64,000 nucleotides of DNA from Myxococcota bacterium. Lineage in GTDB: Bacteria; Myxococcota_A; UBA796; SXON01. Location: the NCBI GenBank assembly GCA_040386535.1, contig JAZKFH010000049.1:1-64000 (forward strand). The letters are read 5' to 3'. Shown piece by piece: positions 9,378 through 18,423 of this stretch; the first letter of the stretch is position 1; the number at the start of each line of letters is the position of its first letter. The notes beneath the pieces are model-generated. The model searched no databases. It saw nothing but the letters and a program-made list of their open reading frames with translations, and was not told the DNA's origin. A program made the position numbers and the translations under genes.

Positions 9378-10225
9378 GCCCGGAACGCGCGGCCCGGGTG
9401 CGTGACCTACTCGCGCGAGCCCACGCGGTCTACGAGACCAGCCCCGGCGACCTGTCCACATGGCAGGTGGTCGAGGGCTACGTCAGTGCCGAGAACCAGT
9501 GGAAGTACGTGCACATGTACTTCGCGAAGTCGGTGGCCTGCTGGCGGTACATCCGAGAGGCCGTCGCCCCGGTGCAGGACGGCCCCGTCGTGAGCATCGG
9601 CGCGGGACCGGGCCTCTGCCTGCTCGGGTGGTTCTTCGATCGGCCGCCTGCGGCCACGTGGCCGATCCACGCCCACGACGTCCTGGCCTGGGACGCTGTA
9701 CGTGCGGATCCGGCGCATGTCGCCGTGCTCGCCCACGTGCTGGCCCCGGCCGTCATGGATTTCCATGCGGGCCGGTACTTTCCCGCCACGCTCCCGCCCC
9801 AGGCCGCCACCTGCGTCGGGGCGCCGATAGCGCCCGAGCAGATCCCACGCGGTGCGACCGTGCTCTTGCCGTTCGTCCTCAACCACCTCTTCGGCAGCGC
9901 GCCGCATCCCAATCCGGCGGACATCAACGCGTGGTTCCGTGCAGTATGTTCGCGGGCGCAGCGGGTGGTGATCGTGGACATGGACTACAGGCCCGAGAGC
10001 TCGGGACCGAAGTCTACCCACGTGTTCTGGTCCAACTTGCTCGCCGGCCTTGGACTCCCGCTCCAGGCGCCATGCCCGGTGTTTGCCTTCAACGCGAAGG
10101 CGGCCGAGTTCGCCGCCTGCTACGACGAGGTCAACGGGCGCCGACGGACCGGCATCCAGTACCCGCAGTTCTGCCGCGCGACAGGCATCGTCGGGGACGC
10201 TGGGGTCTGGCGATACATCGGGTAG
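9374..10225 (+). CDS. Second methyltransferase-fold-like hypothetical protein
   Basis: TTG start overlaps the DUF1848 stop (TTGA); KYVHMY helix, VVSIGAGPG motif, VVIVD strand. Confidence 0.65.
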   Translation: MSPERAARVRDLLARAHAVYETSPGDLSTWQVVEGYVSAENQWKYVHMYFAKSVACWRYIREAVAPVQDGPVVSIGAGPGLCLLGWFFDRPPAATWPIHAHDVLAWDAVRADPAHVAVLAHVLAPAVMDFHAGRYFPATLPPQAATCVGAPIAPEQIPRGATVLLPFVLNHLFGSAPHPNPADINAWFRAVCSRAQRVVIVDMDYRPESSGPKSTHVFWSNLLAGLGLPLQAPCPVFAFNAKAAEFAACYDEVNGRRRTGIQYPQFCRATGIVGDAGVWRYIG

Positions 10226-10252
10226 GCGCGGGGATCGCGCTGTGGGGAAGCG

Positions 10253-10843
10253 CTACGGTTGGTAGTCAACATTGCTCGCGCTGGCTGCCGGGCCGTCACT
10301 GGAGGGCAGGCTACCCCCGGAGCGCGCGAGTAGCCGGTCCACTTCCGCGGTCCCGCCGGTGATCGACGCCTCCAGCTTGCGCGCGAACTCGATCCACTGG
10401 TGCTTGACGAGCGGCGGGATCAACTCGATCACAACATCGTCCATGCGCATCGGCCGCAGTGCCGGGTGCATGACGAGCCGCCGAAATCGCTCGTCGAGGC
10501 TGTCGGTCGGCGGGTCCATCCCGGCGCTGCCGTCCACCTCGAAGCCGGCCTCAGCGAGCACCTCGCGCAGGTCTCGCGCATACACGTCCGCGATCCGACG
10601 CAAGAGCTTTATGCTCGGCGGGTTTGACTTCGCACCGGTCTCCATCATCGAAAGGTAGCTGTACGAAAGCCCGAGATCCTCGGCAGCCGCACGCAGCGAC
10701 AGGCGGGCAGACTCGCGCAGACCGCGAAGGTAGGGGCCGAATCCGGCGCGCTGCTCCCAGCCCAGCGGCGGCGGAGCGGCGGCGGTGGCGGCAACAGCCC
10801 GGCCCCGGCGCGTGGGGACGGAAGGCGGGGTGGAAACGGACAT
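10253..10843 (-). CDS. XRE-family repressor (cI-like)
   Basis: LRESARLSLRAAAEDLGLSYSYLSMMETG..PPSIKLLRRIA. Confidence 0.88.
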   Translation of the reverse strand: MSVSTPPSVPTRRGRAVAATAAAPPPLGWEQRAGFGPYLRGLRESARLSLRAAAEDLGLSYSYLSMMETGAKSNPPSIKLLRRIADVYARDLREVLAEAGFEVDGSAGMDPPTDSLDERFRRLVMHPALRPMRMDDVVIELIPPLVKHQWIEFARKLEASITGGTAEVDRLLARSGGSLPSSDGPAASASNVDYQP

Positions 10844-10948
10844 GCTTCACGGCTATTCGGGCTGCAACGCAAAGTCAACATCCTGTTCATCGACAGTGGA
10901 CGGAGTGGCTTCGCCGTGCGACCTTGTGTAAACACCTGGAACGCACCA

Positions 10949-11245
10949 GTGAACACGCTCGCCTGTCCTCATGCCGGCCAGTACGTCCTCCGCGGCCCCC
11001 GCGTACGCGCCCTCCTCGGTCGCTCGCACCTCTCCGTGACCGAGGGCGCGCAGAAGCTCTGCATCTCCCGGACCTACTTCTCCCAGCTGCTCGCCGGGAC
11101 CCGCGCCCTGTCGCCGAAAGTCCGGCGGCGACTCTTGGAAACCGAGCCCTTCCGCGCGCTCGCTCCCACCGAACTCTGGCGCGAGCCTCCGCTGACTGAG
11201 GGTGACGACTCGCCGCCGCGGCCTCCCGAGCCCAAGGCCGCGTAG
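10949..11245 (+). CDS. Small HTH regulator (Cro-like), divergent from the repressor
   Basis: LSVTEGAQKLCISRTYFSQLLAGTRALSP. Confidence 0.72.
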   Translation: MNTLACPHAGQYVLRGPRVRALLGRSHLSVTEGAQKLCISRTYFSQLLAGTRALSPKVRRRLLETEPFRALAPTELWREPPLTEGDDSPPRPPEPKAA

Positions 11246-11473
11246 CGAGAGCAGTCACATCCAAGCGTTGAGTCGCTGCCGGGACTGGCGGCATGGCGGA
11301 GCCATGTCCATGGCCGCATCCCCTTCCGCGCCGCCCAGGACTCCTCATCCAAACGGCATCGTCAACGTCCTTCGAAACACCGAAACGAAGAACGCCGGCC
11401 CGGTGGTCGGGCCGACGCCTTCTGAACGCACGCGGTCCTGCCAGACCGCGCACACACACGCATGGAGTGACAC

Positions 11474-12955
11474 GTGTCCGATAACGATAACCCTGAAGTA
11501 CCGTCTTGGCCGCGCAAGATCGTCCCGCCCGGCAACCGTCCCGAGCTTCGCGTCCTCGTCGAACTGTGGGATGCCCTGAACGAGAAGTACGCCGACCACT
11601 TCTTCCGCCGCGGCAGCACCCTGCTCCTTCGGCTGAGGAGCAAGTTGGAGGAGGTCTCGGTGCCGCGCCTTGCGGCGCTCCTGCCGTCCGCGGCGGAGTT
11701 CGTCAACGCGAAGGGAAAGCGCGTGAAGATCGACAAGGAACTCGTGAGCAAGATGGTGCACCGGCCCGAGCTTCGGTGCCGCGAGATCCTCGGCGTCGTC
11801 ACGTCCCCGTACCTCGCGCCCGACCTGACGATCGTGACGGAGCGCGGCTACAACGCGGAGACGAAACTCTGGCTGGAGCCCGCCTCGGGCCTCGGTAAGT
11901 TCGAGCCCATGAACCTCCGGCGTGCGCTCGACAACTTGGAGCCGTTGCTCGCGTTCCCGTTCGCGACGCCGGCCGACCGCGTCCACGCGCTCGGACTCTA
12001 CCTCCTGCTGCTCGTGCGCCCGGCCATCGACGGGCCGACGCCCATGCACCTGATCAGCGGTGTCCGCGAGGGGAGCGGGAAGACCTACCTCGCGCGATGC
12101 GCCCACCTCCTCGCGACGGGGCAGGAGCCGTCGGTCCGATCGCTGGCGAAGTGGGAGGACGAGGCCAGCCGGCAGCTCGTCGCGGCGCTCGCGGAGATCC
12201 CCTCGTTCCTGCTCCTCGACAACCTCCCGACGGGCTTCACCCTCGGGTGGAGCGACCTCCACCGCATGGTGTCGGCGCATGGACTCGTCCCGATCCGACT
12301 CGTCGGCGCCGGGCGGGAGGTCATCGTCCCGATCCGCTGCGTATGGGTCGCGACGGCGAACAACGCCGACGTCGACCCGGAGCAGGCGCGGCGCACGGTG
12401 CCGATCTGCCTGCTGCCGGGCGGCGGCGCCAAGGCGGACAGTGGCGAGGCGCCGCACGTCTACATCCTCCGCAACCGGACGCTGCTGGTGGCCTCGCTGT
12501 TCCGGCTGGTCAAGGAGTGGATCAGGCACGGCTGTCCCACGCCGACGCGCACGCTCCCGGGCTTCGGCGAGTGGTCCGACATCGTGGGTGGGATCGTGTC
12601 CCTCGCCCTCGGAGACGAGCACTGGCTCTCGATCGAGCACCGGCCGAACCCAGGCGTCGTGGAGGACTGGCTGTACCTGTTCAAGGTGTGGCCCATGGAG
12701 GCGGGTACGAACGGCCGCTCTCCGATGAAGCCGGCTGGCGTTGCCAAGCTCGTCGAGGACCTCACGCTCCCGGTGCTTGGCGAAGCCATCGACGCGGGCG
12801 TCAAGGGCAGGGCGAACGCGACGAAGATGGGCAAGCTTCTGACCGACCTCGTGAAGTCCGGCAGGAACATCGGCGGGTTCGTGATGCACCGCAAGATGAA
12901 CCGGAACGGGTGGGTCTACTGGCCCGAAGCGGTCGCGGAGGCGCAGCGGACCTGA
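11474..12955 (+). CDS. Mobile-element P-loop NTPase, primase-associated helicase-like replication protein
   Basis: GPTPMHLISGVREGSGKT (Walker A), LLLDN (Walker B), WVATANN..RR, FGEWS, C-terminal LGKLL-like wHTH; no primase domain seen. Confidence 0.72.
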   Translation: MSDNDNPEVPSWPRKIVPPGNRPELRVLVELWDALNEKYADHFFRRGSTLLLRLRSKLEEVSVPRLAALLPSAAEFVNAKGKRVKIDKELVSKMVHRPELRCREILGVVTSPYLAPDLTIVTERGYNAETKLWLEPASGLGKFEPMNLRRALDNLEPLLAFPFATPADRVHALGLYLLLLVRPAIDGPTPMHLISGVREGSGKTYLARCAHLLATGQEPSVRSLAKWEDEASRQLVAALAEIPSFLLLDNLPTGFTLGWSDLHRMVSAHGLVPIRLVGAGREVIVPIRCVWVATANNADVDPEQARRTVPICLLPGGGAKADSGEAPHVYILRNRTLLVASLFRLVKEWIRHGCPTPTRTLPGFGEWSDIVGGIVSLALGDEHWLSIEHRPNPGVVEDWLYLFKVWPMEAGTNGRSPMKPAGVAKLVEDLTLPVLGEAIDAGVKGRANATKMGKLLTDLVKSGRNIGGFVMHRKMNRNGWVYWPEAVAEAQRT

Positions 12956-13130
12956 GGTTCCGCACGAGAAATGACCCTTAGACGGTCATATTCAACCACA
13001 CGCGGAACCAACGGAACTGAATACCCCCCTCCTGTGATCGATTTCTTTCTCTACAGGTGGAGGTTTGGAACGTCCGCTGGTTCCGCACTCTCCTACAAGT
13101 AAGGTAGATAGCCGGCTTTCGAGCGGAACC
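12956..13130. other. Candidate replication origin (iteron-like GGTTCCGC/GCGGAACC repeats in a lower-GC tract)
   Basis: GGTTCCGCAC at 12956 and 13079; GCGGAACC at 13002 and 13123; ATGACC/GGTCAT inverted repeat at 12971-12989. Confidence 0.45.
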
Positions 13131-13477
13131 TTGCCCGTTAGGTCGAGCGCGCCCGCCCCCTGACCCACCTTCGACATCGCCACCACGCCGTCGCCGAACA
13201 TCAGCAAGGCGACGATGCATGCCGCCTTCGGGGAAGCTGGCGCCCATCCGGGCCTACGCCGGTGCCCCGCCCCCCGCTGGCCGTCGGCGACGACCACCCA
13301 CGCTGGCAGAAGAGGCGGAGTGAGGCGGGCGAGCCGCGCGACCGCGTGGCCGTCGCCGCGCGGCGCCGGCGGGCGGTCGCGTGCGAGGCCGACGGGGGGG
13401 ACCGGTGAGGTGCGGGTCGGGCAGATGTGGGCCAGCGGGACGGGCATGGGAGGCGTGGGGCAGGCAGGCAGGACCAA

Positions 13478-13525
13478 GGGACGGCCGCGTACGCGGCCCG
13501 GCCCGTCCCCCTCGCCTACCACTCG
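13478..13525. repeat. Palindromic junction element, copy 1
   Basis: GGCCGCGTACGCGGCC at 13483-13498 followed by GTCCCCC..CTACCACTCG. Confidence 0.8.
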
Positions 13526-13620
13526 TGCCTCTACACCACCACCACCCGCCGCTGCTCGCCCCTCAAAGAACGGGCTTGTCCCGGACGGTCCGGCGCGCGC
13601 CCTCTTCGCGCCGAGTGTGT

Positions 13621-14301
13621 TCATCCTACAGGGCCAACGCCCATGCCGAGCGCGACGTGAAATGGGCGATATCCGGCGCCGAACCAAACCGCCCCACCCC
13701 CGCCGTCTCGCGCTTGGGCTCGTACCTGCCGTATGGCGTCCAGTCCGTCGCCCCACGACCGGGGATGCGCTTCACGCTCGCTGAACCTCGCGATGTCCGC
13801 GGCGGCAAGAGGGCCACGAAGGCCCGACGTCGGCAGGAGGGTCCCCTTCCCGATGCCACCGTCGGGAGTGAAGCAGAGCTCCGTCGGGCCGGCTACGTCC
13901 CCGCGGGCGCAGATCTTGAGCCAGAGGCACCGGCGCTCCGGCCGGGGATCGAACAGAGAGCGAACGAGCGGCACGCCGGCGAACACCGGGATGCCCGCCT
14001 GGGCGCTGATGGCCGCGAAGGCGAACAGTTCGTCGTTGATTCGGACCCTGATCTCCGCGTCCTCCGGGGCCCGCAGCTTCGGTCGGCGCGCGAAGACGGC
14101 GACCAGCCGGACGGGTTCACGGGGACCGCACTCGCGGGACAAAGACGTGCCCTCACGGCTCGTCCAATAGAAGAATGGTATCGCAAATCCAAAGAACGGC
14201 CGCAGCTCCGCCGAGATGGCCGGCACCAACGTGTATTCTGCGGTACGCTCGCTCATGAAGCCGGTCGGCTCCACCGAACTAACGTGCCGAGGTGTCCTCA
14301 T
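13621..14301 (-). CDS. Hypothetical protein, last gene of the kinase operon
   Basis: Protein-like ORF (MSERTAEYTLVP..FFYWTSREG..FARRPK); start uncertain (14361, 14301 or 14256). Confidence 0.65.
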   Translation of the reverse strand: MRTPRHVSSVEPTGFMSERTAEYTLVPAISAELRPFFGFAIPFFYWTSREGTSLSRECGPREPVRLVAVFARRPKLRAPEDAEIRVRINDELFAFAAISAQAGIPVFAGVPLVRSLFDPRPERRCLWLKICARGDVAGPTELCFTPDGGIGKGTLLPTSGLRGPLAAADIARFSEREAHPRSWGDGLDAIRQVRAQARDGGGGAVWFGAGYRPFHVALGMGVGPVG

Positions 14302-14362
14302 GTCCCGTCCGGGCATGCCTGGGGCATCCCAACAGGGAAGCAGCCGCTTCTGGACGCGCACA

Positions 14363-15499
14363 TCAGGGGCCTGAGAACTCGGCGATGGCCCGCCGCCACT
14401 GCCGGAGCCAGTTGCCGTCGTTCTGCCGCTCCTCCATCAGGATGTCCTTCTCCTCCAGGGTGCGCCAGAGATCCTCTGCCGCCTTCAGAGCGGCACGGAC
14501 GGTCGCACGATCGGCCCGTTGCTCGAAGTCGGCGAACCACCACATGTATTGCCGCCAGCCCTGTCCCACCCACGCCCTGGGCTCTTGCATGAAGGTCAGG
14601 ATCGTTGGGGTAAACGGATTTCGGTCGGTCGAATCAGAGAAGGCTCCGGCGGCCCGGACGCGGGCCACGTCAGATTCGCGGAGGTACGCGAACAGGGCCT
14701 CTTCGAACCAATACGCGAGCTGGCCGCCCCCGTTGCTCGGCTCCTCAAACCTGGAGCGCGTGAAACGACGGATGTTGAAGAACTTTCCGGTGGCGCACGA
14801 GGTGGCGCCCGCGGCCTTCCACAATGCCATTTCCGTGGAGCAGAACCCGACGAGGACGGTCTGGCCTCCGGACTCAAGGAGGTTGATGAGGCGCATGACG
14901 CCTTTCAGCCCCTCCACCTCGTTGAGCTCTCGACGGGGGTCCACGTCCGTGCACACGACCAGGAACACGCCCGTGCACTCTGACTTTGAGACCATGGAGG
15001 CGACCTCGTGCGCCCGCGTGGCACTCGTCATGTCGTCTATGCCCACGAGCACCGTCTGGAGCACCCGGCACCCCGGGCGGCGAGCGAGCAACTCGTCGCC
15101 GACCTCAACCATCCGCAGGTAGTAGTCGTTGCTGGAGAACACGCGTGGAACCACCGCGGGGGAACAGACAGCATCCGGCGTCACACCTTCCACCACTGAC
15201 GCAATGGCGCCGATGGTGGACGACCACCAGGACTTCGAGCTGAGGTCTGCGGTGTCGAGGTCGTTCGGAAAGTGGCTCCAGGAGCGGAGTTGCCCGCGGT
15301 TGCTCTGCGGAAAGTAGAGCTGCGGGTCGAAGATGACGTCGATACCCGGCCGTTCGGCGCGCAGCCGCGGGACCAGTTCAGCGACTTGCCCCTGATCCTC
15401 GTTCACGGGGCTCAAGATTGCCCCTCGGAAGGCGGCAAGCTCCGGCTGGAAGATGAGGTTCGTGCTGTGGTGACCCATCTGGTGGTACGCGGGCATCAA
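14363..15499 (-). CDS. Beta-protein / Sce7725-like (probable TIM-barrel) hypothetical protein
   Basis: HQMGHH, GAILSP, IFDPQLY motifs and alternating alpha/beta pattern; good RBS; family call by recollection only. Confidence 0.55.
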   Translation of the reverse strand: MMPAYHQMGHHSTNLIFQPELAAFRGAILSPVNEDQGQVAELVPRLRAERPGIDVIFDPQLYFPQSNRGQLRSWSHFPNDLDTADLSSKSWWSSTIGAIASVVEGVTPDAVCSPAVVPRVFSSNDYYLRMVEVGDELLARRPGCRVLQTVLVGIDDMTSATRAHEVASMVSKSECTGVFLVVCTDVDPRRELNEVEGLKGVMRLINLLESGGQTVLVGFCSTEMALWKAAGATSCATGKFFNIRRFTRSRFEEPSNGGGQLAYWFEEALFAYLRESDVARVRAAGAFSDSTDRNPFTPTILTFMQEPRAWVGQGWRQYMWWFADFEQRADRATVRAALKAAEDLWRTLEEKDILMEERQNDGNWLRQWRRAIAEFSGP

Positions 15500-15511
15500 C
15501 TTCTCCGTCGG

Positions 15512-16372
15512 CTATGGGTTCGACCACGCCGCGACGAGCTCGGCTGGCTTGCGGAATCGAGATACCGCCCACGGCTCAACCATCTTCGCGATGGGGGCCA
15601 GCCGGTTCGCAGCGGTCCAGGAAAGGAAGTCAGGATGCGGGCGCTCGCGGGCGCCGACCCGTCCCACAACCCGGTCCGGGGTGTCTCCGGGGTGAGCGTA
15701 GGGGTGCCGTCCGAACCCGGAGAAGGACAGGGACACCCCGAGCGAGAACTGATCGGTGCGCCAGTCGATGAGGCCCTTGTCGTTATTCAGCTGCTCAGGG
15801 GCGGCGAACAGCGGCGTCCCCGGGCCCTGAGCGAGCCATGTCTGGGTCAGGGAAGGCTGCCCCAGGTTCCGGACCAGTCCGAAGTCAACGAGCACGATCG
15901 AGCCATCCTCCCTAAACACGAGGTTGTCGGGCTTTATGTCTCGATGCACCAGACCCTCGGCAGCGACCACGGTCAGGGCCGACGCGAGTTGTCGCGCGAG
16001 CGCGACGATATCGTCCCTGTCGCAGAGCCCGCGCATCAACCGTTCCGAGAGGCTGCCGCCCCCCAAGAACTCCTCACCGGACACCAGAAACTGCGCGCCG
16101 GCGTGATCGAAGCTAACGATGGCGAGGAAAGACGGGAGGGACCTATGCCCCGTCTTGGAGAGTGCCGTAAGCGCCTCGATTTCACGGACCGCGCGCTCGG
16201 AGACGGAGCCCGGAAGGTAGACCTTCAGCGCGACGACCTTCCCGCCCGCCCCCACGACACGGTAGGTGGCCTTGAACGCACCGTGCCCTGCGGGGCCGAA
16301 ATATCCCAGGCCCGCCGAGGTGCAGAAGGCGCGCGCCACTTCCGCGAGGACGTCTACGTCCGCAGGCGTCAC
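15512..16372 (-). CDS. Hanks-type Ser/Thr protein kinase
   Basis: GHGAFKATY, VALK, HRDIKPDN, DFG, GTPLFAAPEQ, DQFSLG; GTG start overlaps the upstream TGA. Confidence 0.95.
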   Translation of the reverse strand: MTPADVDVLAEVARAFCTSAGLGYFGPAGHGAFKATYRVVGAGGKVVALKVYLPGSVSERAVREIEALTALSKTGHRSLPSFLAIVSFDHAGAQFLVSGEEFLGGGSLSERLMRGLCDRDDIVALARQLASALTVVAAEGLVHRDIKPDNLVFREDGSIVLVDFGLVRNLGQPSLTQTWLAQGPGTPLFAAPEQLNNDKGLIDWRTDQFSLGVSLSFSGFGRHPYAHPGDTPDRVVGRVGARERPHPDFLSWTAANRLAPIAKMVEPWAVSRFRKPAELVAAWSNP

Positions 16373-16833
16373 GCTGCGAACTCCTGGTCCAGGCGCGCGA
16401 TGGCCTTGGTCGTGAGATGCGGGAGCACGGGATGGACCTCTGACGGCTCGATCAGTACCACGATTCGGTCGGAACGCACCCCGCAAAGGCCTATTCTTCT
16501 ACGTTCGAACTCCGCGCGGTGCGCGCTGGCTCGTAGCGCCTCTTTCCACGGCAACACGACAAAGGAACGGTGCGCGAAGCACGTGTTGCGGTAGGCTTGG
16601 TCCACGGCAATCCGCCAGCGGGTCAGCTTCGCCTCCAGGGCGAGGACGATGTGGGAGTCAAGCAGCGCGATCACGTCCGTACGACCGTTCGCGTACTCGA
16701 ACTCAGTGCACATCCGCGAAGGACTCCAGGGGGACGCCCCGGAGATGACCAGCCCCAGCATCCGATCCACCATCTCCCGTTCCGAGTCGAACTCATTGGC
16801 AGCCAATCGCACCTCGCCCTGAAAGTAGCACAC
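16369..16833 (-). CDS. Small PD-(D/E)XK nuclease-fold protein (Sce7726/MmcB-like)
   Basis: TEFEYANGRTDVIAL..LALEAKL..AVDQAYRN..FAHRSFVV..IGL. Confidence 0.75.
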   Translation of the reverse strand: MCYFQGEVRLAANEFDSEREMVDRMLGLVISGASPWSPSRMCTEFEYANGRTDVIALLDSHIVLALEAKLTRWRIAVDQAYRNTCFAHRSFVVLPWKEALRASAHRAEFERRRIGLCGVRSDRIVVLIEPSEVHPVLPHLTTKAIARLDQEFAA

Positions 16834-17036
16834 GGGCCTGATCCCGGGCCGATGCTCCTGTCAAGGGTGTGTCCGCTGCCTTCCCCGGCGCCCGCCCTCC
16901 GTCGTCGTCACGCGCTCGACGTCGCGCCGCTCTTCGGTGCTCTGCGAGCCGCGCCATCTCCCGAGTTCAGAGGGCCAAGGTCTGGCGCAAGAGCGGACGG
17001 CTGTTGCGGCCGCGAAGCGCCGTGGGCCCCGTGAAC

Positions 17037-18347
17037 TCAGCCCGCGCGCCGCCGAGGCCGGCGTGGGGCGATGGGCGCGAGGATCGTGTCCGCGTCCGCG
17101 GGTGTTGGCGGGTAGGCGCGCCAGCAGTGAAGCGGGTCCACCTTCACGCCCAACGTGGAGGCGAGCACGGCCGCGCGCTGCCAGATCGCGAGAGCCCCGG
17201 ATGCGAGAGGCCCGGTGCGCTGCGCCGCCTCGGCGAGCTCCGCCAGTTCGCGTTCGTGCTCGGGGTCCGCGGCCGCCGCAGCCGCCCGCAGCCGCTCACC
17301 CCTCAGCTCCCCGGCGAGCCTCGCCCACGCCTCCGCCACGGTGACGCTCGGTGCGGCCTTCGGGTCTTCGGCCAGTCCGCGTCCGAACGTGGTCGGCCAG
17401 CCGTCGCGGAACGCCCCCACCGCGCGCAGCCCACCGTCCACCTTCGGCTCCAGGACCACCAAGCCCATGAGCGCGGCCGGCGCAATACCGGACAGCTCCT
17501 GCCACGCAGGCCCCACCCGCTCGGGCAGCGCGTGGCGCCGCTCCCCTGGAATGCCGACGTACACCAGGGCGAACGGAAGTCCCCGGGTGTCGGCCTTCTC
17601 GGCTTTCTTTCGGGCGTGGCCCAGCGCGCGGTCAGCGAGGGCGCCCCACCCGTCGGCGGGATCAAGGACGTGGACGGAGAACAGCGATGCGCGCGCGATC
17701 CGAAGCCGGAACGCGAGCGCGGGAAGCTGATCCTCGGCCCGGCGGGGAACGCTCACGGACAACAGCACGGACCCCTGCGGGGGCGGCAGGTCCGGTGCCC
17801 CGGCGAGAGCTTCGCGTACCGCCGAGGGGAGCCGCGGGCTTCGAGAGAGCTCGCCCCACGCTTCGCCCGGCGGATAGGGCCCGTCGGGCCACTCCACGTG
17901 CACCACAGCCCGGGGGCCGTACCGCGCCTCGACCAGGGCGCGCAGTCCGGCCGGCGCGCCGAGGAGACGCTGGTCCGCATCGTCGCGGTCGTGCTTGACC
18001 TCGAAGTAGAGCTCGGCCCCACCCCCGTTGGCGAGGAAGTCCAAGCCTCGCGCCGCCAGCGGGTTGGGCACCAGCAGCCGCGCACGCGCGAGCCAGACCG
18101 CGACCACGAGTTCGGCGGCGTGGTCCTCGGCGCGCTCCGGCTCGCCCTGCTTTGCGACCTCGGCGAGCGCGCGGTCACCCTCCGTCCGCGCTGCGGAGCC
18201 GGAAGGGGCGGACCGCAGCTCGCGCAGCGCACGCTCTGCCGCGTCCAGGAGCGGATTTGCGCCTGGGCGAGACACGAGAAGCTCAAGCCCGCCGCCGGGC
18301 ATTGCCCCCGCGGCGAGGAGTGGCCACCGACCGATGGGATCTGCCAT
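17037..18347 (-). CDS. Hypothetical protein with restriction-endonuclease-like motif
   Basis: AAELVVA...GLDFLA...YFEVK pattern. Confidence 0.55.
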   Translation of the reverse strand: MADPIGRWPLLAAGAMPGGGLELLVSRPGANPLLDAAERALRELRSAPSGSAARTEGDRALAEVAKQGEPERAEDHAAELVVAVWLARARLLVPNPLAARGLDFLANGGGAELYFEVKHDRDDADQRLLGAPAGLRALVEARYGPRAVVHVEWPDGPYPPGEAWGELSRSPRLPSAVREALAGAPDLPPPQGSVLLSVSVPRRAEDQLPALAFRLRIARASLFSVHVLDPADGWGALADRALGHARKKAEKADTRGLPFALVYVGIPGERRHALPERVGPAWQELSGIAPAALMGLVVLEPKVDGGLRAVGAFRDGWPTTFGRGLAEDPKAAPSVTVAEAWARLAGELRGERLRAAAAAADPEHERELAELAEAAQRTGPLASGALAIWQRAAVLASTLGVKVDPLHCWRAYPPTPADADTILAPIAPRRPRRRAG

Positions 18348-18423
18348 CTCCCGTCATAGTCTCTCGGAGGGAAGTTGCGGACCGAAACTCCATCCAGATT
18401 GGGACCCACGGCCGCCCGCGAGC

